In this document: piece by piece, positions 8,275 through 17,875 of the stretch
Position numbering within the stretch: position 1 is the stretch's first letter
How the letters are laid out: every line of letters starts with the position of its first letter
IMG/VR virus record: IMGVR_UViG_3300037504_000611
Coordinates: 1 to 53,700 of that record
Source of the DNA: a virus
Taxonomy: Duplodnaviria; Caudoviricetes
Direction: 5' to 3' (one strand)
DNA length: 53,700 nucleotides
Notes under the pieces: model-generated
Databases searched by the model: none
The model's input: only the letters and a program-made list of their open reading frames with translations
Told to the model about the DNA's origin: nothing
Made by a program: the position numbers and the translations under genes

Positions 8275-10926
8275 ATGCGTGTCTACCTCCCGCCATTGGC
8301 AGATATCAATCACGGAGTGGGGCAGGTTCTGGCGGCTCAGCATAGGCACCTCCCCGCGTCTGGAGTAGAGATAGCGGTCAGTCCTGACGATGCCGATATA
8401 GTGGCAGCGCACATCATCCCCGATACGGACCGCGTGCCCGATGTGTTGCATTTGCACGGCCTGCACTACGATAGCGCGGCTCCCGACGATCGCGACGTGA
8501 ACCGCCGTATTGTGCCGCATATCAGAAGTGCTCGTGTTGTGACTATGCCGTCTGAGTGGGCCGCGTTGCCCCTCCGGCGCGATATGCGTATAATTCCCCA
8601 GGTTATCCCTAACGGCATCGATGTGGATAGATGGCAACCAGGCGACGCACGACCGTACGCGCTGTGGAATAAAAACCGCATGGACGCAACCTGTAATCCC
8701 GCAATGGCTCTCGAACTGGCACGACGCGGCATTCCGGTGGTGAGCACCTATGCGCCCGCTGTACAGCGCCCCGACACCCTGACTGTGACGGGGAAAATGC
8801 CACACGAGCAGATGCGAACGTATATCCAGAACGCGGGCGTGTACCTCGCCACGACACGCGAGGTACACAGCATTGGAGTTCTGGAGGCGTTAGCGGCGGG
8901 CGTCCCGGTCCTTGGTTGGAATATGGGCGGCACGGCAGAGACGGTGCTGCACAAGGTGACGGGATGGTTGGCAGAGGAGGGCGACATTGAGAGCCTGATA
9001 GAGGGCTATCACTGGCTGATGCGCAACCGACACCTCATTTCTGGCGAGTGCCGCATCCTCGCACAATCGTATGATTGGGGGGCGATTATGCCGGAGTATG
9101 CGCGTGTGTATCACGATGCATTGACCGGCAAACAACAAGACACGAACAGGGTTGCAGTGGTCATTCCCTGCTATAACTATGCTCACTATCTTGCACAGGC
9201 GATAGAGAGCGTCTTGCCGCAATTAGAGGAGGGCGACACCTGCATAGTCGTTGATGATGGCAGCAGCGATAATACGAGCGATGTGGCCGAGCGATATCCT
9301 GTTGAGTTTATCCGGCAGCAAAATCAGGGCGTGAGCGCGGCCAGGAACGCGGGGGTTGCCGCTGTGTCACAACCATATATTATCTGTCTCGATGCCGACG
9401 ACCAACTGGTGCCGGGGGCTATCGACACATTGCGCGGAGCTATTCAGACTCGGCGCGACATCGGCATTGTCTATGGCTCGCTACGCACAATGGACGCACA
9501 GGGCAATGATACCACAGGCGGATGGGCGCGCCACTGGCCACCGCAATTTGATTGGCAGAACCACCTAGAGCACGGCAATCATATCCCGTGTGCGGCAATG
9601 TTCCGCCGGGAGATGTGGCGCCGCGCTGGCGGCTATCACGTTTTTGGCGGGTGCGAGGATTACGAATTCTGGTCACGCGGTCTGTCGATTGGTTTTACCG
9701 CCCTCAGAGTCACAGACCAGCCTACATTTTGTTACCGCCAGCACCCTGAGGGCAGGAGCAATCACCTGGAATGTCCTCCGTTGGCCAGCAGGCACCCGTG
9801 GGCTATAGACAGACACTACCCAATGGGCGCTCCTGCTGCACACGGGCCGATTGTGCGCTCCTATCGCAGGCCAGTTGTCAGTGTCATTGTGCCCGTAGGA
9901 CCTGGACATGAGCGCTATGTGAGCACGGCAATAGAGAGCCTGTTGTCGCAAACGTTCCGTGATTGGGAATGCGTTGTCGTTGACGATACACACGACGGCA
10001 TCCCACGCCTCAATCTGGAGGCATATCCGTTTGCGCAGCCTGTTCGTACGTCGTGCGGAGCGGGCGCAGGCGCGGCGCGCAATGCCGGACTGGATGTTGC
10101 CAGCGCTCCGTTGTGTCTGTTTCTGGACGCCGATGACTATCTATTGCCTGTCGCAATTGAACAAATGATCGATGCGTACCAGACAGCGGACAACGTGTCC
10201 TACATCTATACCGACTGGTTTGTATGGAGCGACGGCAAACCAGAGCGGCGCCATTGCGCGGCGTATCGCCAGAATGCATGGCTCACAAATGGATTACACA
10301 GTGTAACCGTCCTGATGGACACAGAGCACGCTCGTGCGGTTCGTTTCAACGAGGATATGCCCTCCTGGGAGGATTGGGATTTTTTCGCACGCGCTGCTAT
10401 AGCCGGGTATTGTGGGCAACGTCTGGCGCTGCCACTGTTAGGCTATCGGGCCGATACGGGCCAGCGCCGCCGCTACGCGATGCAAAACAGCACAGAATTG
10501 CGCAACGAGATAACCGCCCGCTATGGCCCGTATGCAAGAGGAGAAAAAACAATTATGGGATGCTGTGGAGGAAAAAAGACCTCTCCGCCGATGGTGGACA
10601 GCACACCGATACTCGGCGCTGCCGCCGCCACAGACGGCAACGTGCGTATGGAGTATCTGGGTCAGCAGTCCGGGGCAATAACCTATCGAGGCGCGCAGGG
10701 ACGCGCCTATCGGGGAGGCAACAACCCGCATCGGAAATACGCGAATGTTCACCCTGACGATGTGGAGCGTCTGGCCAACACCGGCAAATGGCGAGTCGTT
10801 GAGGCACCTGCTCCGATTGCGCGCACGGCAGAGATTGCACCGCCGCCGGAAACAGCCACACCAGAGGAGCCATCTGATGATGAGCAACAAACAGCGCCAA
10901 AGCGCAAGCGCCGCTCCCGCAGTTGA
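8275..10926 (+). CDS. Multidomain glycosyltransferase GT4-GT2-GT2 with a C-terminal extension
   Basis: GT4: VIPNGID, EVHSIGVLEALAAGVPV; first GT2: VVIPCYN, VVDDGSSD, CLDADD, CEDYEFW; second GT2: VIVPVGPGH, FLDADD, WEDWDF. Confidence 0.9.
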   Translation: MRVYLPPLADINHGVGQVLAAQHRHLPASGVEIAVSPDDADIVAAHIIPDTDRVPDVLHLHGLHYDSAAPDDRDVNRRIVPHIRSARVVTMPSEWAALPLRRDMRIIPQVIPNGIDVDRWQPGDARPYALWNKNRMDATCNPAMALELARRGIPVVSTYAPAVQRPDTLTVTGKMPHEQMRTYIQNAGVYLATTREVHSIGVLEALAAGVPVLGWNMGGTAETVLHKVTGWLAEEGDIESLIEGYHWLMRNRHLISGECRILAQSYDWGAIMPEYARVYHDALTGKQQDTNRVAVVIPCYNYAHYLAQAIESVLPQLEEGDTCIVVDDGSSDNTSDVAERYPVEFIRQQNQGVSAARNAGVAAVSQPYIICLDADDQLVPGAIDTLRGAIQTRRDIGIVYGSLRTMDAQGNDTTGGWARHWPPQFDWQNHLEHGNHIPCAAMFRREMWRRAGGYHVFGGCEDYEFWSRGLSIGFTALRVTDQPTFCYRQHPEGRSNHLECPPLASRHPWAIDRHYPMGAPAAHGPIVRSYRRPVVSVIVPVGPGHERYVSTAIESLLSQTFRDWECVVVDDTHDGIPRLNLEAYPFAQPVRTSCGAGAGAARNAGLDVASAPLCLFLDADDYLLPVAIEQMIDAYQTADNVSYIYTDWFVWSDGKPERRHCAAYRQNAWLTNGLHSVTVLMDTEHARAVRFNEDMPSWEDWDFFARAAIAGYCGQRLALPLLGYRADTGQRRRYAMQNSTELRNEITARYGPYARGEKTIMGCCGGKKTSPPMVDSTPILGAAAATDGNVRMEYLGQQSGAITYRGAQGRAYRGGNNPHRKYANVHPDDVERLANTGKWRVVEAPAPIARTAEIAPPPETATPEEPSDDEQQTAPKRKRRSRS
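10555..10926 (+). CDS. Putative nested in-frame gene (123 aa, MGCCGGKK...KRKRRSRS)
   Basis: GAGGAG at 10538-10543 and A-rich spacer before an in-frame ATG, right after the last GT2 domain. Confidence 0.5.
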   Translation: MGCCGGKKTSPPMVDSTPILGAAAATDGNVRMEYLGQQSGAITYRGAQGRAYRGGNNPHRKYANVHPDDVERLANTGKWRVVEAPAPIARTAEIAPPPETATPEEPSDDEQQTAPKRKRRSRS

Positions 10927-11194
10927 CATAGCGGCCATATTGGCAGTCTATCGTGCTGCGCATATGATTGCGAGAGAAGACGGGCCGGGCGCCTGTTTTG
11001 AGCGACTACGCGCTGCCGCGTTTCGCTGGCCGATACTCGCGGACGGTCTGCATTGCCCGCTCTGTGTGTCGTTCTGGCTGGCGTTGTTGTTGCCGCACGC
11101 TCCCCGATGGCTGCTGCGATGGCTGGGCGTTGCGGGAGCCGTGCTCGTTATTCATCAGGCATTGGAGGGCTGGAATGAATTTACTACCGATTGA
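10877..11194 (+). CDS. DUF1360-like small membrane protein
   Basis: YRAAHMIAREDGP...LHCPLCVSFW plus hydrophobic helices; SD GAGGAG 7 nt before ATG 10877. Confidence 0.7.
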   Translation: MMSNKQRQSASAAPAVDIAAILAVYRAAHMIAREDGPGACFERLRAAAFRWPILADGLHCPLCVSFWLALLLPHAPRWLLRWLGVAGAVLVIHQALEGWNEFTTD

Positions 11195-12410
11195 GACATT
11201 TCGGGAGCACATTAGCTACCATCCATTCCATTTTTGGCAACTGGCCAACAGCGATATACCTGTTCAGTCGAGTTGTAATACGCTGGTGTACGAACACGCA
11301 TGGCAGGGAACAGACGCGGCGGGGCGCGCCACCGTGCGGCGGGCGATAGAACAGGCTGAAGAGCGGTTGCGCACATATTTACTGTATAGTGTAGCTCCCC
11401 GCTATGCCAGTATGACGCTCCAATACCCTGATTACTATCAGCCCGCACTGTATCGCAGCAGGCCAGCGAACAGCAGAGGGCAATGGTTGAGCGTCGAGTT
11501 GCCCGAGGGGTATGTACAGGCGTTAGGCACAGAGAGGCTCAGCCTGATAGACAGTCCAGCGGTTTTGCTCTCTGACAGCGATAGCGACGGGTTGAATGAC
11601 ACATTCACGCTGACTGTCAGCACCACTGTCACAGATGCCGACCAGTTAACGGTGTTTTTCTCCGAGCCGGATCGGCTCGACAACGACCTGGCGCGGTGGG
11701 AGATACGACCGGTGGCTGTTGCACTGGATGCGGAAACCGAAACCGCCATCATCACGGGGAGGCTATGGCAAATTGTGCGACCGGTGCTATACCAGGGCGT
11801 TGTGCTGCGCACGATAGACCCGGCAGACAGCGCCAACCTGGCCGCCACACTGGATGTCTATCAGCGCACAACCGACAGCAGCCAGCAGGCGACACTGATA
11901 TGGGAGACGCTGCCCTGCCCCTCCTGGTGTGATACTCGCACGGGGAGCACAGACCCCGCTGCCATTGCCACCGCTACAGCCCGCGTGGGAATACGGGATG
12001 CCAGGAACGGCATCCTCAGCCCGGCAGAGGCAGTCTATAACAGCGACAGCGGTACATGGACCAGCCTATCGGGTTGCTGGTGGGGCGATAGCCGATTGCC
12101 GGACCGGGTGAAAATCAATTATCTGGCTGGCTACCCGCTGGAAAACCGTCGCATAGCCGCGTGGTTACGCCCTGTTGTGACGCGATTTGCCATAGCGGAG
12201 CTAGCGCAGCGCATTTGCACCTGCGACTATGCCAATCGAGAGCTCTGGCACTGGCAATTTGATCGGGCCAGCACCAGTGGAAACAACGATGAAACCTATC
12301 AGGTGAGTGAAGAGGATTTAACCAATCCGTTCGGAACGCGTCTGGGCCATATAGACGCGTGGCGTCGCGTGCGTGGCGAGCGGAGAATGCCCGCCATATT
12401 ACCGTATTAG
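11175..12410 (+). CDS. Head-to-tail adaptor-like protein
   Basis: RRAIEQAEERLRTYL helix and VKINYLAGY motif; lies between head and tail genes; start with SD GGAGG. Confidence 0.6.
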   Translation: MNLLPIETFREHISYHPFHFWQLANSDIPVQSSCNTLVYEHAWQGTDAAGRATVRRAIEQAEERLRTYLLYSVAPRYASMTLQYPDYYQPALYRSRPANSRGQWLSVELPEGYVQALGTERLSLIDSPAVLLSDSDSDGLNDTFTLTVSTTVTDADQLTVFFSEPDRLDNDLARWEIRPVAVALDAETETAIITGRLWQIVRPVLYQGVVLRTIDPADSANLAATLDVYQRTTDSSQQATLIWETLPCPSWCDTRTGSTDPAAIATATARVGIRDARNGILSPAEAVYNSDSGTWTSLSGCWWGDSRLPDRVKINYLAGYPLENRRIAAWLRPVVTRFAIAELAQRICTCDYANRELWHWQFDRASTSGNNDETYQVSEEDLTNPFGTRLGHIDAWRRVRGERRMPAILPY

Positions 12411-12425
12411 CAGCAGGAGAGTGTC

Positions 12426-13952
12426 ATGCCACAGGTTAAAAAAAGCAACATTATAACCCAACAACACAACCGAGTTTTCCGCCAGCCAGGTGGAGCGTTT
12501 CCCGGCAATCCGGTGGAGTATAGCGGAACTGATGGTCAATATATGTCGATTATGGGCGTGAGCAATCCCGTGTCGGGAGGCATAGACCCGATCCAGGTGG
12601 GGGACCCCTACCGCGCCAAACAATACGCAAGTGTAGCTCGGAGCGTCAGCCCTCCCGATTTTGCCACCGCCACATTGATGCTGTATGAGGACCAGGGTGG
12701 CGAACTGCCCTGGCAGATCATAGACGCGTCTTGCCCATTCACTCTCTATATTATTTCAACGACGTGCGGCAATCCGTCGGATTTCCTGGCGGGGTGGTCG
12801 AATTTTGTTGAGGTGTTTTCTCAATGCGAGGTCACGGATCGCTCTGGCGGGGACCGTGCGCCATTCGATAGCGATGAAGCGATCAGTGACGAGCTTTCCA
12901 TCACGATCCAGGCGCACTACGCGGTGGGTAAACTGGGGTTTGGTGAGCGCGCTGCGACGCAGGTGGAGCGAGAAGTTGTGGCGATTACCTATGGCGACAC
13001 CTTCCAGTGCGCCGATTGCGGCGTGCCGAACGATGGCACAAAATGGCTCTATGCTGCAACTAAATTTGACGCCGGTTCTGTCATTAGCGCCGAGGTAGTC
13101 TATTCAACTGACGCGGGGTTGACATGGTCTGACGCAACCGTCGTCGCTGATGAGAACCCGGTCGCTATTGGAATAGCCGGAAACAAACTGGTAGTTGTCA
13201 CCACGGCTTCGTTGTATTGGGCAGAGATTGACGAGGACACGGGTGTTCCCGGATCGTTTACGACCGTCACCCCAACGACCTGGGCAGCAAATGCGCCAGC
13301 AGACGCGTTTTTTGCCGGGCCGCGCGAGGTGTATGTGTGCGGTGCGAACGGGTATGTGTGGCTGTTTACAGACGTTACGAGTGCGCCGGTGGTGCTCACC
13401 GATGGCAGCACGACCGCAGAGGATTTGAAGCGCATTAAAGCGGTTGATGCTGTGGTCGTGGCGAGTGGGGCGAACGGCACGGTAATCGTCAGCACGAATC
13501 GCGGCCAGACGTTTGCGCAAACCAGCGCCGATCCGTCTGCCGATACGCAGCAAGCGCTGGGAGTTGTGAGCGACAAAATTATGTGGACAGGCACTGACGG
13601 GGGAGAACTCTACTACACGCGAAACGGCGGCAAAAGTTGGACTGAAAAGGTGATCGACGGATCGGGCACTGGGGAGGTCTACGACATCCTGATTGCTACA
13701 GCCGAGGTGGTATACGTCAGTCATAGCGACGCCACGCCACGGGCGCGGTTGTTTTCGAGTTGGAACGGTGGTGAAACGTTCACTCGCATGGCGCCCCGCA
13801 TTCTGAATTTTCCTGATTTTGATAGAGCAACGCGCCTGGCCGCTCCTCTGACAGGTACGCCAGGCATCGCTGCGAATAACATCGCCATCGCCGGGCTGGC
13901 CGACAACGCCACGGACGGTATTATTTTGCAGGGTATTGCAGGGGTGAAATAA
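12426..13952 (+). CDS. Probable major tail tube protein with a C-terminal Asp-box (BNR) beta-propeller
   Basis: Directly upstream of chaperone and TMP; repeats YSTDAGLTW, VSTNRGQTF, YTRNGGKSW, SSWNGGETF. Confidence 0.6.
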   Translation: MPQVKKSNIITQQHNRVFRQPGGAFPGNPVEYSGTDGQYMSIMGVSNPVSGGIDPIQVGDPYRAKQYASVARSVSPPDFATATLMLYEDQGGELPWQIIDASCPFTLYIISTTCGNPSDFLAGWSNFVEVFSQCEVTDRSGGDRAPFDSDEAISDELSITIQAHYAVGKLGFGERAATQVEREVVAITYGDTFQCADCGVPNDGTKWLYAATKFDAGSVISAEVVYSTDAGLTWSDATVVADENPVAIGIAGNKLVVVTTASLYWAEIDEDTGVPGSFTTVTPTTWAANAPADAFFAGPREVYVCGANGYVWLFTDVTSAPVVLTDGSTTAEDLKRIKAVDAVVVASGANGTVIVSTNRGQTFAQTSADPSADTQQALGVVSDKIMWTGTDGGELYYTRNGGKSWTEKVIDGSGTGEVYDILIATAEVVYVSHSDATPRARLFSSWNGGETFTRMAPRILNFPDFDRATRLAAPLTGTPGIAANNIAIAGLADNATDGIILQGIAGVK

Positions 13953-14440
13953 TGCCACAAAAAACGAGGGTGTTCCATTTTAGCACGGGTGTTGTGGGGA
14001 AGCTGAAACCAGTTTCCCCGTTCATTCGGCAACAGGTAGACCGGAGCCTCCCCATGCCGGACCCTCCTATGGCAGAGGTCAGGTATGCTGAAAACGATAT
14101 CCGACAGGAGCCGAACCCTGCTGATCCGGCATACATAGCAGCAATCGAACAACGCAATGTGGAGCTGGGGCAAATATTGCTCGATGTGATTTTTGAACAC
14201 GGCGTTGATGTGCCGATTGATTACGATAAGCTAGGCGCTGCCCGCGGCATCATCGAGGGCGCCGGGGGCACCTGGCCAACAAAGCAGAGCGATAAACTGT
14301 GCTACATCAAATTTTGCTGCATCGGGGTGGATGGTGAGGACGCGCTGCTCCTAGATGCCATACGCAGGGGCTATGAGGTTACAGAGGAGGACGTGGCCGC
14401 TGCGCTGCGCACGTTTCAGCGTGACGTATCGAGGACGTGA
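13952..14440 (+). CDS. Tail assembly chaperone (G-like)
   Basis: Lies between tube and TMP; overlaps a downstream open frame. Confidence 0.7.
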   Translation: MPQKTRVFHFSTGVVGKLKPVSPFIRQQVDRSLPMPDPPMAEVRYAENDIRQEPNPADPAYIAAIEQRNVELGQILLDVIFEHGVDVPIDYDKLGAARGIIEGAGGTWPTKQSDKLCYIKFCCIGVDGEDALLLDAIRRGYEVTEEDVAAALRTFQRDVSRT

Positions 14441-14693
14441 CATTTTTTCCTATCGGACCCCGCGCGGCCAGATAGAATACTCATTGGAATACGCACTTCT
14501 GGAGACGATGCGCTGGAAACGGATGAGCGAGCCGGAGTTTTTAGCACTCGACATCGAGCAGCAGGCACGCGCCATTGCGCACTATCGCGTGCATCACCAG
14601 CTACAGGCCATCATTCAGCAGGAACAGGAGCGCCAGGCGCGTCAGGCGAGAAACCAGGCGAAACAGCAATCGCGTGGCAGGAGAAAGCGATAG
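14415..14693 (+). CDS. Tail assembly chaperone frameshift extension (T-like)
   Basis: +1 frame open to the base before the TMP ATG, with no good start of its own; ACG TTT CAG at 14411-14419. Confidence 0.55.
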   Translation, partial: FSVTYRGRDIFSYRTPRGQIEYSLEYALLETMRWKRMSEPEFLALDIEQQARAIAHYRVHHQLQAIIQQEQERQARQARNQAKQQSRGRRKR

Positions 14694-17492
14694 ATGCCAT
14701 TGCAAGAGGTGGGCGTCAAACTCGTTGCGGAGGACGCCAGACAATTTGACAGGACGCTACAGCGCGCCTCGCAGTCTGTAAGTTCGTTCGGTTCTGACAG
14801 TCGCAGCGCCGGTTCGGGCGTGCAACTATTGGGTAAAGAAAGCCAGTCGGCGTCGCGTATGATCGGCCTCTCTGGCGATGCCATGCGCGAAGCGGGAGAT
14901 GCCGCTGGCACGCTCTCCTCTGGTTTGCGCAGCACTGAACGAACATACGACAGCACCACGCGCGCCGCACGGGTAGCTGAGCGCAGTATGCGTCATCTCA
15001 AGACCGCCAGTATTACCCTGGTTGACGCGCTCGGAAGCCTTGGACTGGCATTCGGTGCGGCGGAAATTGTCCAGTTCGGCCTGGGCGCTATGCAATCAGC
15101 AAATCAATTGGAAGCCACACAGGCCAGTGTGCGTGCATTGGCGGGCGACACCGTAACATACAACGAGATACTGAGAGTGGCCAGAGAACAGCAGCGGTCG
15201 TATGGCGGCACTCTGAACGACAATATCGCACAATTGGGCAGCCTGGCCACGACTGCGCGAAACGCAGGAGTGGGCATAGAAGACCTCAACATGGCTGCAA
15301 AACGATTGCTGATATTGGACCCGTCCGCAACGATGGGTGATGCCACTATTGCTCTGCGTGAAGCAATGGCGGGTGACCTCACCAGTTTGCGGGCGCGGTT
15401 TGAACTATCCCGACAGGCTACCGCTGCACTGGCGGATGAGAGCCTGTCCGGCGCCGAGAAAATGGTTGTGTTGAATGACGTTCTTAACGAACAGGGCGCC
15501 ACATTGGAGGCAGTCACCGCTGCCTCTGAAACGACAGCGGGCAGCTACACCGCTCTAGGCGCGGCAGCCAGCAACGCCACCGATGAGCTTGGCGGCATGT
15601 TGTCACGTGGTCTTGAGCCAGCGGCGCGGGGTCTAACAGGCGTCGTCAATAACGTCACAATGGCGTTTCGCTCATTTGAGAATTTAGCTAACGAGTCGCA
15701 GCAGGCCACACGCGGTTACGAGGGGTTTATTGAGGCGCAATCCGCATATCAGTCTGTGAGCGAGGATACGCAGGCGCAATTTAGCGGTGAGATAGGCCAG
15801 CTTACCGCATTGCAGCAGGAACACCGCAACGCCATTGTGTCACTGCTGGAGTTGCAGGTAACACACGGTGAGCAATCGGCTGCATATCAGGCGCAATTAA
15901 TGCGCACGAATATGCTCTCTGGCATGTTGGAGGAGCAGTCGCGCAGCCTGGCGGACACCATAACCGGCGAGGAGGCGCGCATAACTGCCACCAGAGAACA
16001 GGCCGAACAACAGGCGCACGACCGTGCGCTGGCCGAGGCGCGTGCTGCGGGCGATATTGGCGCAGCACTGGCGTTGATGCGCCAGGATGTTGAACTGACT
16101 GAGGATCAGTTTGAGGAGCTAAACGAAACTATTCAAAAATCGGCAGAAGAGGGCGCACAGGCGTTTGGCGATGCGGTGCAAACTGAGACGACTTTTTTGC
16201 AAGAGCGAGAACGCACACAGCAGGAGCATGCGGTAACACTGGACCAGATAGAACAGCAATATCAGCAAAACCGTGCTGCAACTGCACAGGAGAGCAACGC
16301 TCGTGTGCAATCATTGATAGAGGCACACAATCGCAAAATTGCCGACCTGGAGAACGACTACGGACGCCGCATGGTTGGCTTGCAGGAGGATTTCAACCGG
16401 GCTGAAACCGACAGTCAGCGCGCCTCTATTCAGGAGCGCATGAACGATTTGTCCGAGAGCCACCAGCGACGCATCGCAGATGCACAGGCCAGCCATCAGC
16501 GCAGTCTCTCAGAGCAGCAAAGCGCACTGAACGCAGAACTCACAAACCTGGAAACGAACAATGCCGATAAAATCAGAGCGCAAAATGAGCGTTTCAAAGA
16601 ACAGGAACGCATTGCGGCGGAAGAGTATGCGCGGCAACAGGCCGCGCAACTCGCACACCTGGGCCAGATGCTGATAGATTACGTCACGGCTCAGGCCACG
16701 CTGCACGGGGTCTCTGAGAGCGCATTGCAGGAGATGACTGCCAGTCTACGCGCTGAATATGGCGTACAAACGAGCCTGGTTGATCGTTCGTTTGCCGATA
16801 TGAAAACGTCTATGGACGCATGGGTTGCAAACGGCGGGCAAAATACGGGCCAATACATTCAGCAGCAGCAGCAAATCAGGCAGAACGCCACGCAAACACA
16901 GCAGCAGGTAGATGCCGCCATACAGCGCATGACCAGCGAGGCAACGGCGGCATTCCAGCGAGGCGATATTTCCGCACAGCAGTACGCCGAGCAACTCCGC
17001 AAAATACCCGCCGCTGCTGAGGCGGCAGCGGGGGGCACCGTGAATGCGCTCAACACGATACCGCGCGAAATAACTACGGTGCACAAAATCGTGACCCAGG
17101 GGGGAGCGTCTGCCGGGCGCGGCGCCGCTGACCTTGCCAGTGAAATTATGGGGCGGGCGCGAGGCGGACCGGTAGGCAGCAGCAGTTTGTACGAGGTCAC
17201 CGAGCCGGGAGTGGGACCGGAACTGCTCACGTATGATGGCCGTCAATACCTGATGACGCCTCCCTACGGCAGCGGTATGGTGGAGCCAATGAGTGGCCGG
17301 GCGAGCGCGTCGGGGGCCAGTGCTGGCATGGCGATGGCGCCCTCGCTGACACTCAATCTCTCCAATCAGTTCAGTATTGCCGGTGGTGGGGACAATCCTC
17401 GCCAGATGGTGCAACAAATCAGTGCGGCTATTGAGTCATCGGTGGTTGAGGCGTTGCTATCCGGTTGGAATAGAGCGGAGAGCGCGCAATGA
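14694..17492 (+). CDS. Tape measure protein
   Basis: 932 aa, helical, Ala/Gln-rich; N-terminal EVGVKLVAED; C-terminal RARGGPV...YEVTE...GPELL. Confidence 0.9.
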   Translation: MPLQEVGVKLVAEDARQFDRTLQRASQSVSSFGSDSRSAGSGVQLLGKESQSASRMIGLSGDAMREAGDAAGTLSSGLRSTERTYDSTTRAARVAERSMRHLKTASITLVDALGSLGLAFGAAEIVQFGLGAMQSANQLEATQASVRALAGDTVTYNEILRVAREQQRSYGGTLNDNIAQLGSLATTARNAGVGIEDLNMAAKRLLILDPSATMGDATIALREAMAGDLTSLRARFELSRQATAALADESLSGAEKMVVLNDVLNEQGATLEAVTAASETTAGSYTALGAAASNATDELGGMLSRGLEPAARGLTGVVNNVTMAFRSFENLANESQQATRGYEGFIEAQSAYQSVSEDTQAQFSGEIGQLTALQQEHRNAIVSLLELQVTHGEQSAAYQAQLMRTNMLSGMLEEQSRSLADTITGEEARITATREQAEQQAHDRALAEARAAGDIGAALALMRQDVELTEDQFEELNETIQKSAEEGAQAFGDAVQTETTFLQERERTQQEHAVTLDQIEQQYQQNRAATAQESNARVQSLIEAHNRKIADLENDYGRRMVGLQEDFNRAETDSQRASIQERMNDLSESHQRRIADAQASHQRSLSEQQSALNAELTNLETNNADKIRAQNERFKEQERIAAEEYARQQAAQLAHLGQMLIDYVTAQATLHGVSESALQEMTASLRAEYGVQTSLVDRSFADMKTSMDAWVANGGQNTGQYIQQQQQIRQNATQTQQQVDAAIQRMTSEATAAFQRGDISAQQYAEQLRKIPAAAEAAAGGTVNALNTIPREITTVHKIVTQGGASAGRGAADLASEIMGRARGGPVGSSSLYEVTEPGVGPELLTYDGRQYLMTPPYGSGMVEPMSGRASASGASAGMAMAPSLTLNLSNQFSIAGGGDNPRQMVQQISAAIESSVVEALLSGWNRAESAQ

Positions 17493-17875
17493 GCAACTAC
17501 GAGGCGTTTTTTACATTTACGGACCCCACAGACGGCACCACATCGTTGCGTGCATACTATGGCGAGATAGCAGCCACAGACCGCGCAGAGTGGGAACCGG
17601 GAGTAGAATGGGAACTGCTGCGATTTATCGGCACAAATCAGGCCAGTGCGCATGTCTATCATCAACAATATATCCTGACGCAGGAGATAGTGATCGGAGA
17701 CCAGGCCAGCTATGATAATCTTGCACTGGCCCACCAGTTCAAACCGTCGGGGACATGGCAATACGCCGGAGAGGCTTTTACTAGCGTGATTATTGACGCA
17801 TTCCAGGTGCCGCGCCGCCAGGATTGCGACGGTGTGTGGCGCGGCACGATTGTGTGGAGGAGGTTGGCGGGATGA
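17489..17875 (+). CDS. Distal tail (Dit-like) protein
   Basis: 128 aa directly after the TMP, ATGA overlap. Confidence 0.5.
   Translation: MSNYEAFFTFTDPTDGTTSLRAYYGEIAATDRAEWEPGVEWELLRFIGTNQASAHVYHQQYILTQEIVIGDQASYDNLALAHQFKPSGTWQYAGEAFTSVIIDAFQVPRRQDCDGVWRGTIVWRRLAG

Noticed and set aside
7623-10926. DNA glucosylation or serotype conversion role for the glycosyltransferases
   Set aside because: No base hydroxymethylase, phage DNA polymerase or Gtr membrane proteins, and the genes lie in the late head operon; less likely but not excluded
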